A stretch of DNA of 59,621 bases, the filler included, from Sluysia triapertura (Eukaryota), in NCBI GenBank assembly GCA_046118255.1. It is 5 parts of 5 records of this genome, joined end to end, with 100 filler letters (N's around TTAATTAATTAA, not from the genome) between each part and the next. Parts side by side here need not be neighbours in the genome. Positions count along the whole stretch, not along the records: positions 35,043 to 47,516 come from JBJNIA010105541.1; positions 47,617 to 59,621 come from JBJNIA010148053.1; 3 more parts are not named here. The stretch is one strand, 5' to 3'. Below, one piece after another: positions 39,101 through 53,209 of this stretch; position 1 is the stretch's first letter, and each line of letters begins with the position of its first letter. A program made the position numbers and the translations under genes. The notes below the pieces were generated by a model. It did not search any database. It saw only the letters and a list, made by a program, of their open reading frames with translations, and was not told the origin of the DNA.

Positions 39101-39501
39101 ACAAAAATTAACAAACTTATCCATGGCTTGAAAAAACAGTATGATTTTCGAAACAATATCTTCTAAATAGATTAATGACAAATCTGATAATTGTTGACAA
39201 TTCCGACTTAATACCACAGAGTATTTTAAGCTCGACGATTCCAAATAACTATTGAATACCACGGAGTAGTTTAATATTAACGATTCCAAAAAATTTGCCG
39301 TTTAATGTTTCCAATAGACAGTCTCTCTTTTTTAGTGTGTATTTTGTTACACTGTTACGCCTTTTATGCCGCTTGTTTGCCAATAATAAATAATTTGTTT
39401 ATTTTAATGAATTTAAGTTTTTACGAGATAATATAAATAGTTAACCAATAAATAATAATATTTAATCCATTTTCAAAAAAATATAATGTAATCTTTTCAT
39501 T

Positions 39502-39576
39502 AAACATAAACGATAAAAATGTGAACATAAGCGATAAAAATGTAAACATAAACGATAAAAATGTGAACATAAACGA
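39502..39576. repeat. 21-bp tandem repeat (aacataaacgataaaaatgtg), about 3.5 copies; duplicated at 44015-44089
   Basis: Direct reading. Confidence 0.9.
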
Positions 39577-42500
39577 TTTTAGCCCAATAATAATATAAAT
39601 ATTTTTCAACTTTGAATCAAATAATATAAAGTTAATTTCCTTTGTCGTTTTTATTTTTTTAAATAATCAATTATAATTAAAAATTTTTTATTGAATTTGT
39701 ACAATTTATTTTCTTTTTAATATTTACAAACTTTCATTAAATCATTTTATTTTTACAGATTAATTTTAACAGATTTATACATTTACATTATTTACAAATA
39801 GTTTCGGCCAAGAATATCCAAATTAATATTACCATTTTTTCTAAATTGTATTCAAACTAATTATTCAATAAATAGTATTCAAATTAAATATTTATTATCT
39901 AAATTTTATTGAAATTAATAATTTAATCAATAGTTTCTTTACATTGTATTCAAACCAATTATTCAATAAATAGATTTTTTTAATTTTCAAATTAATTATT
40001 CAATAAATAGTTTCTCCAAATTGTATTCAAACTAATTATTCAATAAATATTCTTTTTAAGTTTCAAATTAAATATTGAATAAATAGTTTCTCAAATATGT
40101 ATTCAAACTAGATGTTGAATTGTTTATAAATTGTTTATCTCAATTGTATTCAAAACAATTATTCAATAAATATTCTTTTTAAGTTTCAAATTAAATATTG
40201 AATAAATAGTTTCTCAAAAATGTATTCAAACTAAATGTTGAATAAGTAGTATTCAAATTGTTTTTACATTGTTTATCTCAATTGTATTCAAACCAATTAT
40301 TCAATAACTAGTTTTTTTAATTTTCAAATTAAATATTCAATAAATACTTTTCAGATTTACGTAAATAAAGGATGTATCAATTACAATATGATGATGAATT
40401 ATGAAAATTAATCAGCAGTTTAATTGTAAGCAGTTTAAATTATGGCTGGTTATACTAATTGCTTTTAAAATGCACTAATTTTAATTTAAAATCTTTATTA
40501 TATGAAATGATTAAAGATGAATTATTGAATACTTCAAATCAGGACGCAAACCATCCAATATATGGTACTAAATTTCAAGATATAATAAGTAAATTTAAGG
40601 ACGAAGATTACTATGTGGTAATGCATACTGAATTAATAATTTTTAAATCCAAGTGGTATTCCTTATTATCTAGTACTAATGAATACACTACAGCTGAACG
40701 AATCATACGGAAATGCACCAATATAAGTCATCAAGAATATAAATAATGGTATCATTTTGAAGATGGTATCATTTATTCTATATGTCAAACGAGATTTGGC
40801 TCAAAAATCCATATGTTGCGTCTTTAAAATCAATAGTAACAGTAAGCCAGTATTAATTTAATTTACTTAAATAAAATTAATTGATTAAATTAATAAACTT
40901 AAATGATTTCAATATCCACTAGATCAAGTTTAACTTATAAAAATTTTCTTATTTTAAATATGTTCTTAATTTATATTAAAAACAATGAGTCAATAATATA
41001 ATAATTACAAAATCAAATACAAGTCGTTATTATAAGTCTCTGCTTGAACAATAATACAAGTAATCTAAATGGAAAATAACTAAATTTCAAAGTTAACAAT
41101 AAAATTTTTGACACTAATAAGACAAGAAAAATATATTCAAAGAAACCAGAGGTGATTTAATAAAGAACAAAAATTAAAATACCAATATCTAAAGAAATTG
41201 AAATCAATAATAATATTTTTATCTTGTCGAATAACTGTAAAATAATTTGCGCAGTGTTCCTCGATTTCAGAATGATTTTAAACACTTTACTGTTCATTAT
41301 TCTTGATCTAGAAATATTTGATTATATTTATATTATCACATTTCAGCTGTTTTCTATCACTTTCTTATATATTTTAAATTCACATAACTTATAATCTATA
41401 TTCTATACACTAACTGGACAATCCCAACACATCAATTATATAAAATCAAATCAAGGAAAAATCCAGTCCCGACAGCGATGAAAAGAGGTAGCCCATAGAT
41501 ACTATGTTTATATTAGTCTTGCCAAATTAATTAAATAATTAATTAAGTAATTAATAATAATAATCAAATTAATTACTTAATAAATAGTTTATCAAAATTG
41601 TATTCAATAAATAATTTCGCCAACTTGTTTTAAAACTAATTTTTTATTCAATAAATAGTTTTCCCAAATTGTATTCCAAGTAATAATTTAATCAATAGTC
41701 TCTAAATTGTTTTTAAACTAATTATTCAATAAAGCTTCTCTAAATTATTTTCAAACTAATTATTCAATAAATAGTTTTTGCAAATTGTATTCAAACTAAT
41801 CATTCAATAAATATTTTAATAAATAGTTCAGTAAATAGTTTTTTAAATTGTTTTCAAACTAATTCTTTATTCAATAAATAGGTTTTAATTATTAAATAAA
41901 TATTTAAATAAATAAATATTTATATAATTATTGAATAGTTTTTTTTAATTTTCAAATCAATTATTCAAATAGTTTCTCCAAATTGTATCAAACTAATTAT
42001 TGAATAATAGTTTCTCAAATATGTATTCAAACTAAATGTTGAATGATTAGTATTCAAATTGTTTTTAAATTGTTTATCTCAATTGTATTCAACTATTTAT
42101 TCAATAAATATTTTTTCTATGTTGTTTTCAAATTAATTATTTGTATTCTTAGTGTAGTGCACCTTCTTTAGAATAATTTTTTTAGTGTTATATTTTGACT
42201 TAAAATTTATTTATCCAATTGTGACTTTATTTTCTTCATGGTTAATTTATTTTCACAGTTAATATTGTTATTCAACCAGTTTCTTTATAGGATAAAATAT
42301 ATTTTTAAATTATATTCTATATATTTTCGTTTATATTAGGCCAATTTATTAAAAACAAACCATGATAGCAATAAAATTATTATTATAATTATTATTTTTG
42401 TGTCTTTTATACTTTTTATTTTAAAAATTATCACTTAAAACTCAGTAACTAAATAAATTCAAAATCTAGATATATTTTTTTACATTATTACAAGATTACA

Positions 42501-45500
42501 ACAAATATTCTTTACAATAATAACAAAACAAATTATTCTTTAAGAGTTATTGTTTATCTACTTCAAAATTACAATCTGTTAATATTAACAAATCCAGACC
42601 AGGGGTCACAATTTATTTTTAAATTATACACCCATATTAATACAAAATGCAATCAATAATGAACACGTTACCAACCATTGTTCCTATTTAATAAAAATGC
42701 TTTATTTTAGCCAATTTCTGAAGAAATAGCTTCAATTCAATAGTTATCCACTGATGAATTGAAGCAGCGTCCCTACATATAGAACATTTTGTTATCTTAA
42801 CTCTATTTATTGTCTCTGTCCTTTTTCTTTAATTTTCTTGCAGAAGTGTAACCGCTTATATAGCAGTTTTATGATAATAACATTCACCTATTCTGTTATT
42901 CTGAGTCTTATTAAATAAAGTATTTAATCAATTGTTTCTCTAAATTGTTTTCAAACTAATTATTCAATAAGCAGTATTCAAATTAATTATTGAATAAATA
43001 GTTACTCTAAATTGTATTCTAACTATTATTCCATAAATAGTATTCAAACTAAGTATTGAATAAATATGTTCAACTTTTTCTAAGTTAGGAACAATTATGA
43101 AATTATTAAACTTATCGGTTCGCCTTTGACGTACGGTTTATATTACGTGATAGACGTACTCACAGGATTTTTGGAGAAAAATGCTACGTAAAGAAATCCT
43201 TACTACTTAGTTGCAATAACTATGCTGATGCCTCAAATATATTTTTGCAATACCTGTCTAATTTGTAGATGTTCTACTATAACTTAATTAACAGTTACTT
43301 ATTCAAAAGTAGGCGAAAATCGTTTAATTATTTACTTGAACTATAATTAATCAATTAATTAATTAGTAAAATTAACTATATCAAATACAAAAACTTCAAG
43401 AATCAAAGGATATATTTATCAAAAATAATAGAAAAATATATAAATTATAAAGAAAATTGAAACTATGAATATAGATATAAAACTTCAGGATTTGTCCTGG
43501 ATAATAATAAATTTTTGATTTTGAATAAGATTTTGACTAAGGCGAATGCTTGAGTTTCGAGATTATGGTGATTTTTAGTGTATATTAAGGCAAAGTATTA
43601 TTGCTGGAACTTAACAAAAATTAACAAACTTATCCATGGCTTGAAAAAACAGTATGATTTTCGAAACAATATCTTCTAAATAGATTAATGACAAATCTGA
43701 TAATTGTTGACAATTCCGACTTAATACCACAGAGTATTTTAAGCTCGACGATTCCAAATAACTATTGAATACCACGGAGTAGTTTAATATTAACGATTCC
43801 AAAAAATTTGCCGTTTAATGTTTCCAATAGACAGTCTCTCTTTTTTAGTGTGTATTTTGTTACACTGTTACGCCTTTTATGCCGCTTGTTTGCCAATAAT
43901 AAATAATTTGTTTATTTTAATGAATTTAAGTTTTTACGAGATAATATAAATAGTTAACCAATAAATAATAATATTTAATCCATTTTCAAAAAAATATAAT
44001 GTAATCTTTTCATTAAACATAAACGATAAAAATGTGAACATAAGCGATAAAAATGTAAACATAAACGATAAAAATGTGAACATAAACGATTTTAGCCCAA
44101 TAATAATATAAATATTTTTCAACTTTGAATCAAATAATATAAAGTTAATTTCCTTTGTCGTTTTTATTTTTTTAAATAATCAATTATAATTAAAAATTTT
44201 TTATTGAATTTGTACAATTTATTTTCTTTTTAATATTTACAAACTTTCATTAAATCATTTTATTTTTACAGATTAATTTTAACAGATTTATACATTTACA
44301 TTATTTACAAATAGTTTCGGCCAAGAATATCCAAATTAATATTACCATTTTTTCTAAATTGTATTCAAACTAATTATTCAATAAATAGTATTCAAATTAA
44401 ATATTTATTATCTAAATTTTATTGAAATTAATAATTTAATCAATAGTTTCTTTACATTGTATTCAAACTAATTATTCAATAAATAGATTTTTTTAATTTT
44501 CAAATTAATTATTCAATAAATAGTTTTTACACATTGTATTTAAACTAATTATTGAATAATAGTTTCTCAAATTGTTTTTACATTGTTTATCTGAATTGTA
44601 TTCAAACTAATTATTAAATAAATATTCTTTTTAATTTTCAAATTAAATATTGAATAACTAGTTTTGTTTAATTTTCAAATCAATTATTCAATAAATAGTT
44701 TCTCCAAATTGTATTTAAACTAATTATTCAGTAAATGGTTCCGGCAAACAGTATAGAAATTAATAATACAATTTGCTAGTTTCTCAAAATTGAATTCAAA
44801 TTAATAATTTAATCAATAATTTTGCTAAATTGTATTTAAACTAATTATTCAATAAATCGTTTCCAAATTAATTATTTTATTCTTAGTGTAGAACACCTTC
44901 TTTAGAGTAATTTTGTTAGTGTTATATTTTGACTTTAAATTTATTTATCCAATTGTGACTATATTTTTTTCATGGTTAATTTATTTTCACAGTTAATATT
45001 GTTATTCAACCAATTTCTTTTTTAGATAAAATATACTTATTCAATTAAATTATATATTTTCGTTTATATTAGACCAGTGTGATAGCATGTAAAATTGAAA
45101 GTTAGTTCATTAGGTAACATGGCTTACTACTAGTTATGTTAGTTTAAAGTAAGTTAGATATTATTATTAGATAATCATTTAATTATATTACTTATATTAT
45201 TATTACTATTAGATAATGAAAATAAAATTCATTTTATAAAATATTTATGCAAAATGTTCATAATTAGTATTCAATTATTTGTAAAAAGTGATATTTAATA
45301 AATAATATGCTAATACATTATTATAATTCAATTTTTAACAGTAGTGGAAATTAGGTTTTATCAAAATGTCTCTAGATTTAAATTTCCGATGTTTTGCGTT
45401 AAAAACAAAAAAATTGATTATTTTCTGCGGAAAACATTAAATATTTCATTCTATAATCAAGCGCCAGTTAATTTGTAAGTTTACTTTATTTATATTATAA

Positions 45501-45789
45501 ATTCATTTCAAAGGATTTAACACCATATAACATATTAGTTTCATATTTCACATTCTTTATAGTTCACGTAATTTTCCTTCATGAATTTTTATTCTATTTT
45601 ATTATTATTTTAGCACATATTTCATTACTAAGTATATATTGTGGAATAAATTATATTATATATAAAGTTCTTTTATTTTGGTTATAAAATTTTGATTAAA
45701 TCATTACTTTTAGTTTATATAATAAAGGATTTTTAAAAATTAGTTACTTTTTGTTTGAATTTGAAGCATTATTTTACATCGAAGAAAAA

Positions 45790-47229
45790 ATGGTATTGTT
45801 TTGTTTTTATTTACTTGTTGTTTTATAGAACGACTTTTGTGAAGTTATATTGGAAGAAATTGAAGAAAATTTTGTCATAAATATTGAAAATAATGACCAC
45901 AAATTTATGACTAATTCACAATATCAATTAAAACCCTACGAATTTAACCAATGTGAAATATTATCGACGGATGTAAATCAAATGAATAACGTGGAATCTG
46001 AAAATTGTCTTGAGAATGTAAATAAACATAATGATACTCGGGAACATAAAATAATATATAAATGTCCTTCTTGTACGAAGTCATTTAAATATACTGCTGC
46101 ACTGAAAAAGCACTTAAATCAATTTCATTCAGTAGATAGGTACATTTGTAAAAAATGTGGTAAAGATTTCTCATCACTATCTGAGGTTCATTTGCACTCT
46201 AGAATGGACAAGGGTAAATATGGAATGCAAAGTTTTAGATTTAAATGTACTATGTGCTGCTATAGTACAGAAAACCAACATACTTTGATAAATCATGTGA
46301 ATGTTCATAAAGGTATACGACCGTTCAAGTGTAACTTTTGTGATCAAACATTTACACAAAATTCAAATATGAAATCTCATATGATTCGTCACCTCGCAAA
46401 AATTCGTATTTTCGCATGTATCACATGTAATACCTCGTATAGTTCGTACGATATTTTGTTGTCACATTATTCAACCAGAGAACATGAATTGACTTGGCAC
46501 ACATTAAGTTGCGATACAATCGTATGTCTCAATGGTGAGAAATTTAATAATTTAGATGATTTTATGAGATACCATAGAAAATGTGCACAAATGAAAGACG
46601 ATAGTTACAAATTTAAGTGCGGTCTCTGTGATGAACATTTCAAAGAAAGTAAAGACATTTTTCTACATTTACATGAAAATAAGAACAATCACATTCGAAA
46701 TTCATTCAAATGTCCCATTTGTTCTGAATCTAATTTTGTATCACTTAATAAAGTTAATACCCATTTGACTAAGATTCACTCAATGAAAGTAGAACGACGC
46801 CATGTCTGTCGTTATTGTGAAGAAATATTTATTGACAAAATTTTATTATACACACATATTCAACAAAATCACAAAGACCTTATAAATTCTCGAACATCAA
46901 AATGTGACAATGGAAGATATTTATGTATCATTGATATTTGCCAGTACAGCACTAATTCAACATTAAAATTGTACAGCCATTATTCAAAAATGCATCAATT
47001 AAAACTGGAAGATATAATAAAAAGTAGTTTAAATGAACTTAATTCGATAAACAAAGAAGAGATAATTGAAAACATGGTAAAAAAGCAATGTCAAACCGAA
47101 TCAAAACGAAAACGTGGTAGACCGAAAAAATCTGAATCAGAATTCCATAAAAACTCGAAGTTAGAAAAGAATAAACTTCGGAAACGAGGTAGACCAAGTT
47201 TGTATACTTCAAATTTATTTGCACAGTAA
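45790..47229 (+). CDS. C2H2 zinc-finger protein with two C-terminal AT-hooks
   Basis: 459-aa ORF with about 10 C-x2/4-C-x12-H-x3/5-H units, an HKGIRPFKC linker, and KRGRPKK and KRGRPS. Likely start is ATG at 45790-45792 followed by a 36-nt GT-AG intron (45793-45828), in frame. Confidence 0.9.
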
Positions 47230-47616
47230 AATACTTTTGGTTTAAATATATTTTTCTAGTAATATTTACAAATTGTTTGTCTATATAAATGAAAAACTCA
47301 TTGAAGTTACTGACTTAAAATAGTCAAATGTTCATATCATCAGGATTTTACCACAATTATGAAAATAATTGTCAGAAATGAAATGCACATAATGCAGAAA
47401 TAATGAACAACAAAAATAATAAACACTATATATTTGATTATTTTATTTTGACAATTGTTTAATTATATTATTTTATTTTGACAATTGTTTAATTATATGA
47501 ACACAAAATATTTGATNNNNNNNNNNNNNNNNNNNNNNNNNNNNNNNNNNNNNNNNNNNNTTAATTAATTAANNNNNNNNNNNNNNNNNNNNNNNNNNNN
47601 NNNNNNNNNNNNNNNN

Positions 47617-47691
47617 ACATTATGAGCGGGGCGGGTATTAGTACCCGTTTTATGTACTGTCACTTAAGAATACCCGCTCATAATGTGTTAA
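47617..47691. mobile_element. Short inverted-repeat element or piggyBac-like terminus at the contig start
   Basis: acattatgagcggg (47617-47630) is the reverse complement of 47673-47686, followed by g and TTAA. Confidence 0.5.
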
Positions 47692-48765
47692 CTAATCGTA
47701 TTTATCAGGATTCGAAAGGCGAAATTGTTATAATTGATTAATTTGCATGTAATATCTATACTCCGTATTAATATATTACACTTTGAAATCCTTATCCGAA
47801 AGCATGAATGTAATAATTTATTTATTGGTTAATTTATTTGTTTGAATAAATATGTTATCGAATTATTCTAGGTTAAATTATTTTATATATGTTCTTATAT
47901 AAACTAGTAGTGCTAACTTTACTCAAGATCTTATTTAACCAGAAATATCTATCTGTAATGTCGAGAGTATTATACTCGCTTCAGTTGTTCCAGAGGGAAG
48001 TGCTTAATAGATAATTTATACTTTATTCTCAACAAATTTTACTCGACTTCATTTATTTAACACTCACTATAACTTAAGAGGATTTTAAGTTCACTCTATC
48101 AATATTCTAAAAATTTGTTATAATTTATTACATCGCGCTCTACAAATAAAAAGAGTAGATGTTTGTTAATTTTTTGACCCTTTCAATAATTTCTGCTTTT
48201 TATCCTCTAGTGAGAATAAAAAACCAACAATACTAATAATTTATTAATTTATTAAATTATACTGTCAAAAAATAAAGTTAAATTATAATAGTAATTTGAT
48301 TTATAAATCTTTAATTTATTACTCGAACAAAAAATTCAACGAAATTACCTTGTTTATCAATTAAATAGTCTCTGGTAATTATGAATTTATTGTTGCTTGT
48401 ATTTGACTAGATTCTCGATTTATTTCGAGATTACGCAAACAAAAACAAATAATATTCAATTCGTGCGACATGGAACTATTTTATATCGTATCAGAAAAGA
48501 AGGTACTAATTTAATCTTTTAATAAATTTAAATGTTATTTCACAAAGACAATTCATTAAAGTGAATGAATGTTTCAAAAACGGTATAAACAATTTAATCA
48601 TATCCACAAAAGATGAATTTTACAAACTCCACATTCACGATTTACTACATTATTAAACATTATTAGATATATAAATTTCTTTATTAATTTTGGGATATAA
48701 AGAAATGTATATATATTTACTTAAATCGGATATCATTATAAAATATTAATTCAAATCGAATTTAG

Positions 48766-51700
48766 GGCAACTGTGAGGTACTGTTCGGCAATTCTCGGCC
48801 GAACTGCAAACAGCCTGGCGCCATCTATTTCCGCTATTTTGGTGAATGGGAAACATCTCAGTCTTGGTATTCCTCGCAAAACCCAAGAAATTATAATCAC
48901 AAAACCAATTCCTCCAGATGAAATTCGCAAATACCTACATGAAATTGTTCTACATGTTGATCCTATTCAATCTGTGTTGCAACAAGAGTTGATTTTATTG
49001 GTGGCTGTTCTTATTGTTAATGATCCTACGTTATTCAAATGTATATCCGTTATTAGAATGGGGTTCGTTATAATGATAATAAAAATTTCTTAAAAATAAC
49101 ATTATTGATATGATCAGTGAAAGTTGTTTAAGTGAAAGTATAAAGCATTGTTAATAGATCTGTACTGTATTATTAAATAACTTAATATTTGTTTTATTTA
49201 GCTAATATGGATAGGATGAGCTACTAGACAATTATGTTGCTCACAAGTAATTTGATTCATAATGGGTATTTATCCATAAGTTAAGATTCTATTTTTAGAG
49301 TAGAAATCTGAAATCTTATAAAGTACATGTATAACATCATTATTTGTTACATCAGCTACAAAATTTTAATGATAATGAAATTAAAAATACAAAGTAATAT
49401 TAATAATTCTATAAGTTCCTACACTGACCCATTTTATCCCTTTAAATTTTAAAATATATATGTGTAATTTTTTAATTCATAATTTGTATTTATTTATAAT
49501 CATTAATTATTAGCAATTTCATAGGATCTAGAAACTTGATGTTTGTGTTAATAATCCATTTTTTCATATTGTGTCTATAGTAACACTAGTTTTTAGCGCG
49601 TTAATAGCCACAATAATTTCAAGAAAATTTTCATCAAGGTCCATGGTAATTTTATTACATAATTTAGATACAGTGAACTGTAAAAATAATTTCACCAAAT
49701 TTTTCTGAAAACATATATGAATGACAGCAAGAAAAAAAGTTTATTTTCTCTACAAGATCTCTCATTCATATATGCATGACCATCCCAATTGGTTGCAATA
49801 AGCAATAAATGCGTTGTGTATGAATCAGTTGTACATGTGACGCATGTTGTAAGCACTGTAGAACAAGTAAGAAGATTATCCCAAAGGAATTTATGAACGC
49901 TAAATTAAAGAAAGGAGAAATGTTAGCGAAAGAAGATAAAAATGTTATTGTAGTTGTTAACTGGCTAAATACTCGAAATGCTAGAGCATTAACAACAAAT
50001 ATGTTCCAGAAATTGTGGATATAAACACAACTTCCCCAGCACAAATAGGCGAAGAAATAATAAACAAAATCCACTTTCAATTTGTGCTTATAATAAATGT
50101 AAATCAGGGATAAATATTTCAGATCAAATATGTTCCTAAGCAAATATTCTTAAGAAAGGAATAAAATGGTACTGCAAGTTAGTAATAGAATATATTCTTG
50201 AAATATCAGTCGTAAATGCTTATATAACATACAAAATTTCTACACAAAACAATATAGAAATTTAGACAATTTCGTGAAAATTTGGTTATTCATATGCTTA
50301 AGTTAGGTTCGAATATAAATGAGTCTTTAACTCATACGCCAAAAATGATGTTTAGTCCTGAAAAGAAGAAAATAAAGAGGATGTGCGCAGCAAGAAAAAA
50401 AGTTTTAACTTATTGCTTAGAATGCTTTGGGGAACATAATAATTCAAAGTAATTTTTTTGTTAAACTAAAATTTATTAAAATGTAAAATAGAGCACTATA
50501 TTTTATTTATTTTTTATTTATTTACTAAGCCAAGTAATTTTCACGCTTTGCTTCTGGTAGGCTTAGGTTTTGAAAGATATCGTTTGCGTTGGATATCAGT
50601 AACTGACGTGGCGATTAACATATTAATTGCTGCTTGCTTTTGATTAATTGACGTTTTAAATGAGTACATCTATTAATATAACTAATGAGTAAACTTTTGT
50701 TTTAAAAAATTATTAACCCTTTGCGCATCATTAATTTTATTAGAGTGCTGACACCTAGGTTCAGGTTAATTTTTAGAACACAATAAGTCGATTTGAATAT
50801 GTGGAAAAGAAACACAATTGTAATAAATGTATGACAATGAAATAGGACCAGTGGTATTGGATAGTGAACCCCAAAGGGTTAAACAAAAAACATTAAAATA
50901 AACATAACGATAATGAGGAATGATTGATAAATTCTTTAATTTAGATGGTTAGTAGAAGCAATGAAATTGGAACTAGAATATAACGGAAAACCATCTAATA
51001 ATCTTTGCAGTATGTCACCCTATGAGGTAAAGCATTTGTTGGAGGATGTGCTCAATTTGAATGAATGTACTCGGCCTTCTCAGAGATCTCCATTGTTTTT
51101 CAGACAAATGGATGGATGTTTAAATCGAGCTCCTGAAAATTTTTATAAAAGTGTTTATCAGATTCTTGAAAGTGCTAACTCCGGGATTATTATTTGTGGT
51201 CAAATGCTTAGTCAGGTACTTTTTAAATGCAAATTTAAATTTGTTGAGCTACAAGAATTTTTGAAATCTTAAATATACAGTGTAGTTCAAATGGATTATA
51301 TTAATATTTAAATTGAATTTCATTTTTGCTACAGAGAATGTTTGATTTTTAATGATGCAACAAAAATTTATACTCACTTAAAATACATATGGTTATGAAA
51401 ATTTAATATTTTCTAATAAGATTACTCCCATAAGTAAACTTGAATAAACTGCAAACTTAAATAAAAATTAGATATCAAAAACGATACATGTAATTTCTTC
51501 TTTTATGTCATTTTATGTTATCTTCGCTACTATTCATTTCCTTCTGAGAATAGTAGTCTTTGGAATGACTTGCAGCACTGATTTAGTTGGCCCATTCTTC
51601 TTTGAAGGCACCGTTAATGGTGAGCGTTACCTTTAAAAATAAAGTGTTTCCTATTGATAATGAGTTCCCCATTTTCAACAAGATGGAACATCTGTGCACT

Positions 51701-53164
51701 TCACCAAAGACATTCGACAATGGCTTGAAACATTTCCTGGACATTGGATTGGACACCTGCTAGATGGCCTGCCAGATTCCCGGATCTGATTTTTTCTAAA
51801 GAACGCAATTTATGCTAAAAAGCCTAGGACAATTGATCAACTAAAACAAAGTATTCAGCGCAAATGGAACCCAATTTCAGAGGAAACTTGCCTTAAAGTA
51901 TGTCGCAGTGTTGTCGAAAGATGTCGTGCTTATATTGAAGTTCAAGGTGGACATTTTGAACATTTGTAAATACTAAATATACTTATTAAATTTGTCTTTT
52001 TTGATATCTAATTTAAGTTTCCTGTTCGGTTACTTTTTGGAACTCCCTATTTTAAAATACCTACAATTTAATTCAACTGCCGTAATATGTTTCTCAACTT
52101 TTGCGTACATCTTACATAATGTATAGCAATTCAATCTATTTTATTTAATCTTGTTTTATTTTTTGGTCTGTTTTGTGAATTTTTTTAATTAATTTGTTTG
52201 AAGTTTGGAGATCCATTGTTCAAATGCAAAGATGGTGGAGAACCATTAAGGGAAAACATGCTCAAAAGACGATGAAGAATTGTCATGAAAAACTCATGAC
52301 CATAGGATCCCTGGCTGATACTCGAAGAAGCGGGCGCCCTTCTAAATCCAGAAACCCATACCCCATAGAACTTATTTCGACAATCATTGTGTACGTGTAG
52401 TGCTAAAAAATGAGCTTAAATGGCCTGCTTGGAAGCCGCACTATTGTCAAGCGCTCTCTACCGACATTCGTAAGGAATTTGGAGATATAATATTGGCTTT
52501 GTTTAGAGATTGGCTGATTGCGTGAAATTATGGCTTTCATCCCGCAGAGTTTCTTGTGAAATCAATTGATGTGATTCCTGGTTGACTTGAGAAACTGGTG
52601 GCGAATGATGGTGCCTATATTGAATTTTGAATAAAGTCCATGCAATATACTTATTAAACGTATAAATTATGGCTGGGACTTTGAAGAATTTTTCTGCACC
52701 AGGAACAGCCCTACTCAATAATTAAACTCCCACTGAATGATTTAATAATAATGTCTTATTCAGTTAAGTATAATACAATAAAAACAAGAATGAAATTACA
52801 ACGGAACGTTATGAATTTCGATGGCTTTTTAATAAAATAAAGGTAGAACCAGATGTATGAATTATACTATATATGTATATTATATAGTATATAATGAAAC
52901 ACCTACGAACAACTATTTTTCCAAAATGAGACATGTTTTGTATTATAAAACATTGATTTATTCTTGAATTTTATTTCAAGAAGTATAATGAAAATTCATG
53001 ATTTTTATGATGTCATTTTTTTATTGATCATATTCATAAGATAAAATTAGGTGTACCTAAATCAAAAATCGGTACGGAAAATTTATCCTGTGCAGTGGAA
53101 ACAGCCCTAGTATAAATTATATTTTAATTATATTTTAAAATAGGAAGTTACTTTTCAATCACCC

Positions 53165-53209
<45 letters not shown>

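Larger units (their letters stand above)
36310..44526 (+). repeat. Near-identical 3.7-kb direct duplication (36310-40013 vs 40823-44526, offset 4513)
   Basis: Identical ORFs 39098/43611 and 39421/43934; line-by-line identity, with the first difference I noticed at 39956/44469. Confidence 0.95.

Noticed and set aside
39098-39609. ORFs 39098-39289 and 39421-39609 (and duplicates) as conserved genes
   Set aside because: Identity comes from the DNA duplication; one ORF is a translated 21-bp repeat and both use non-ATG starts.
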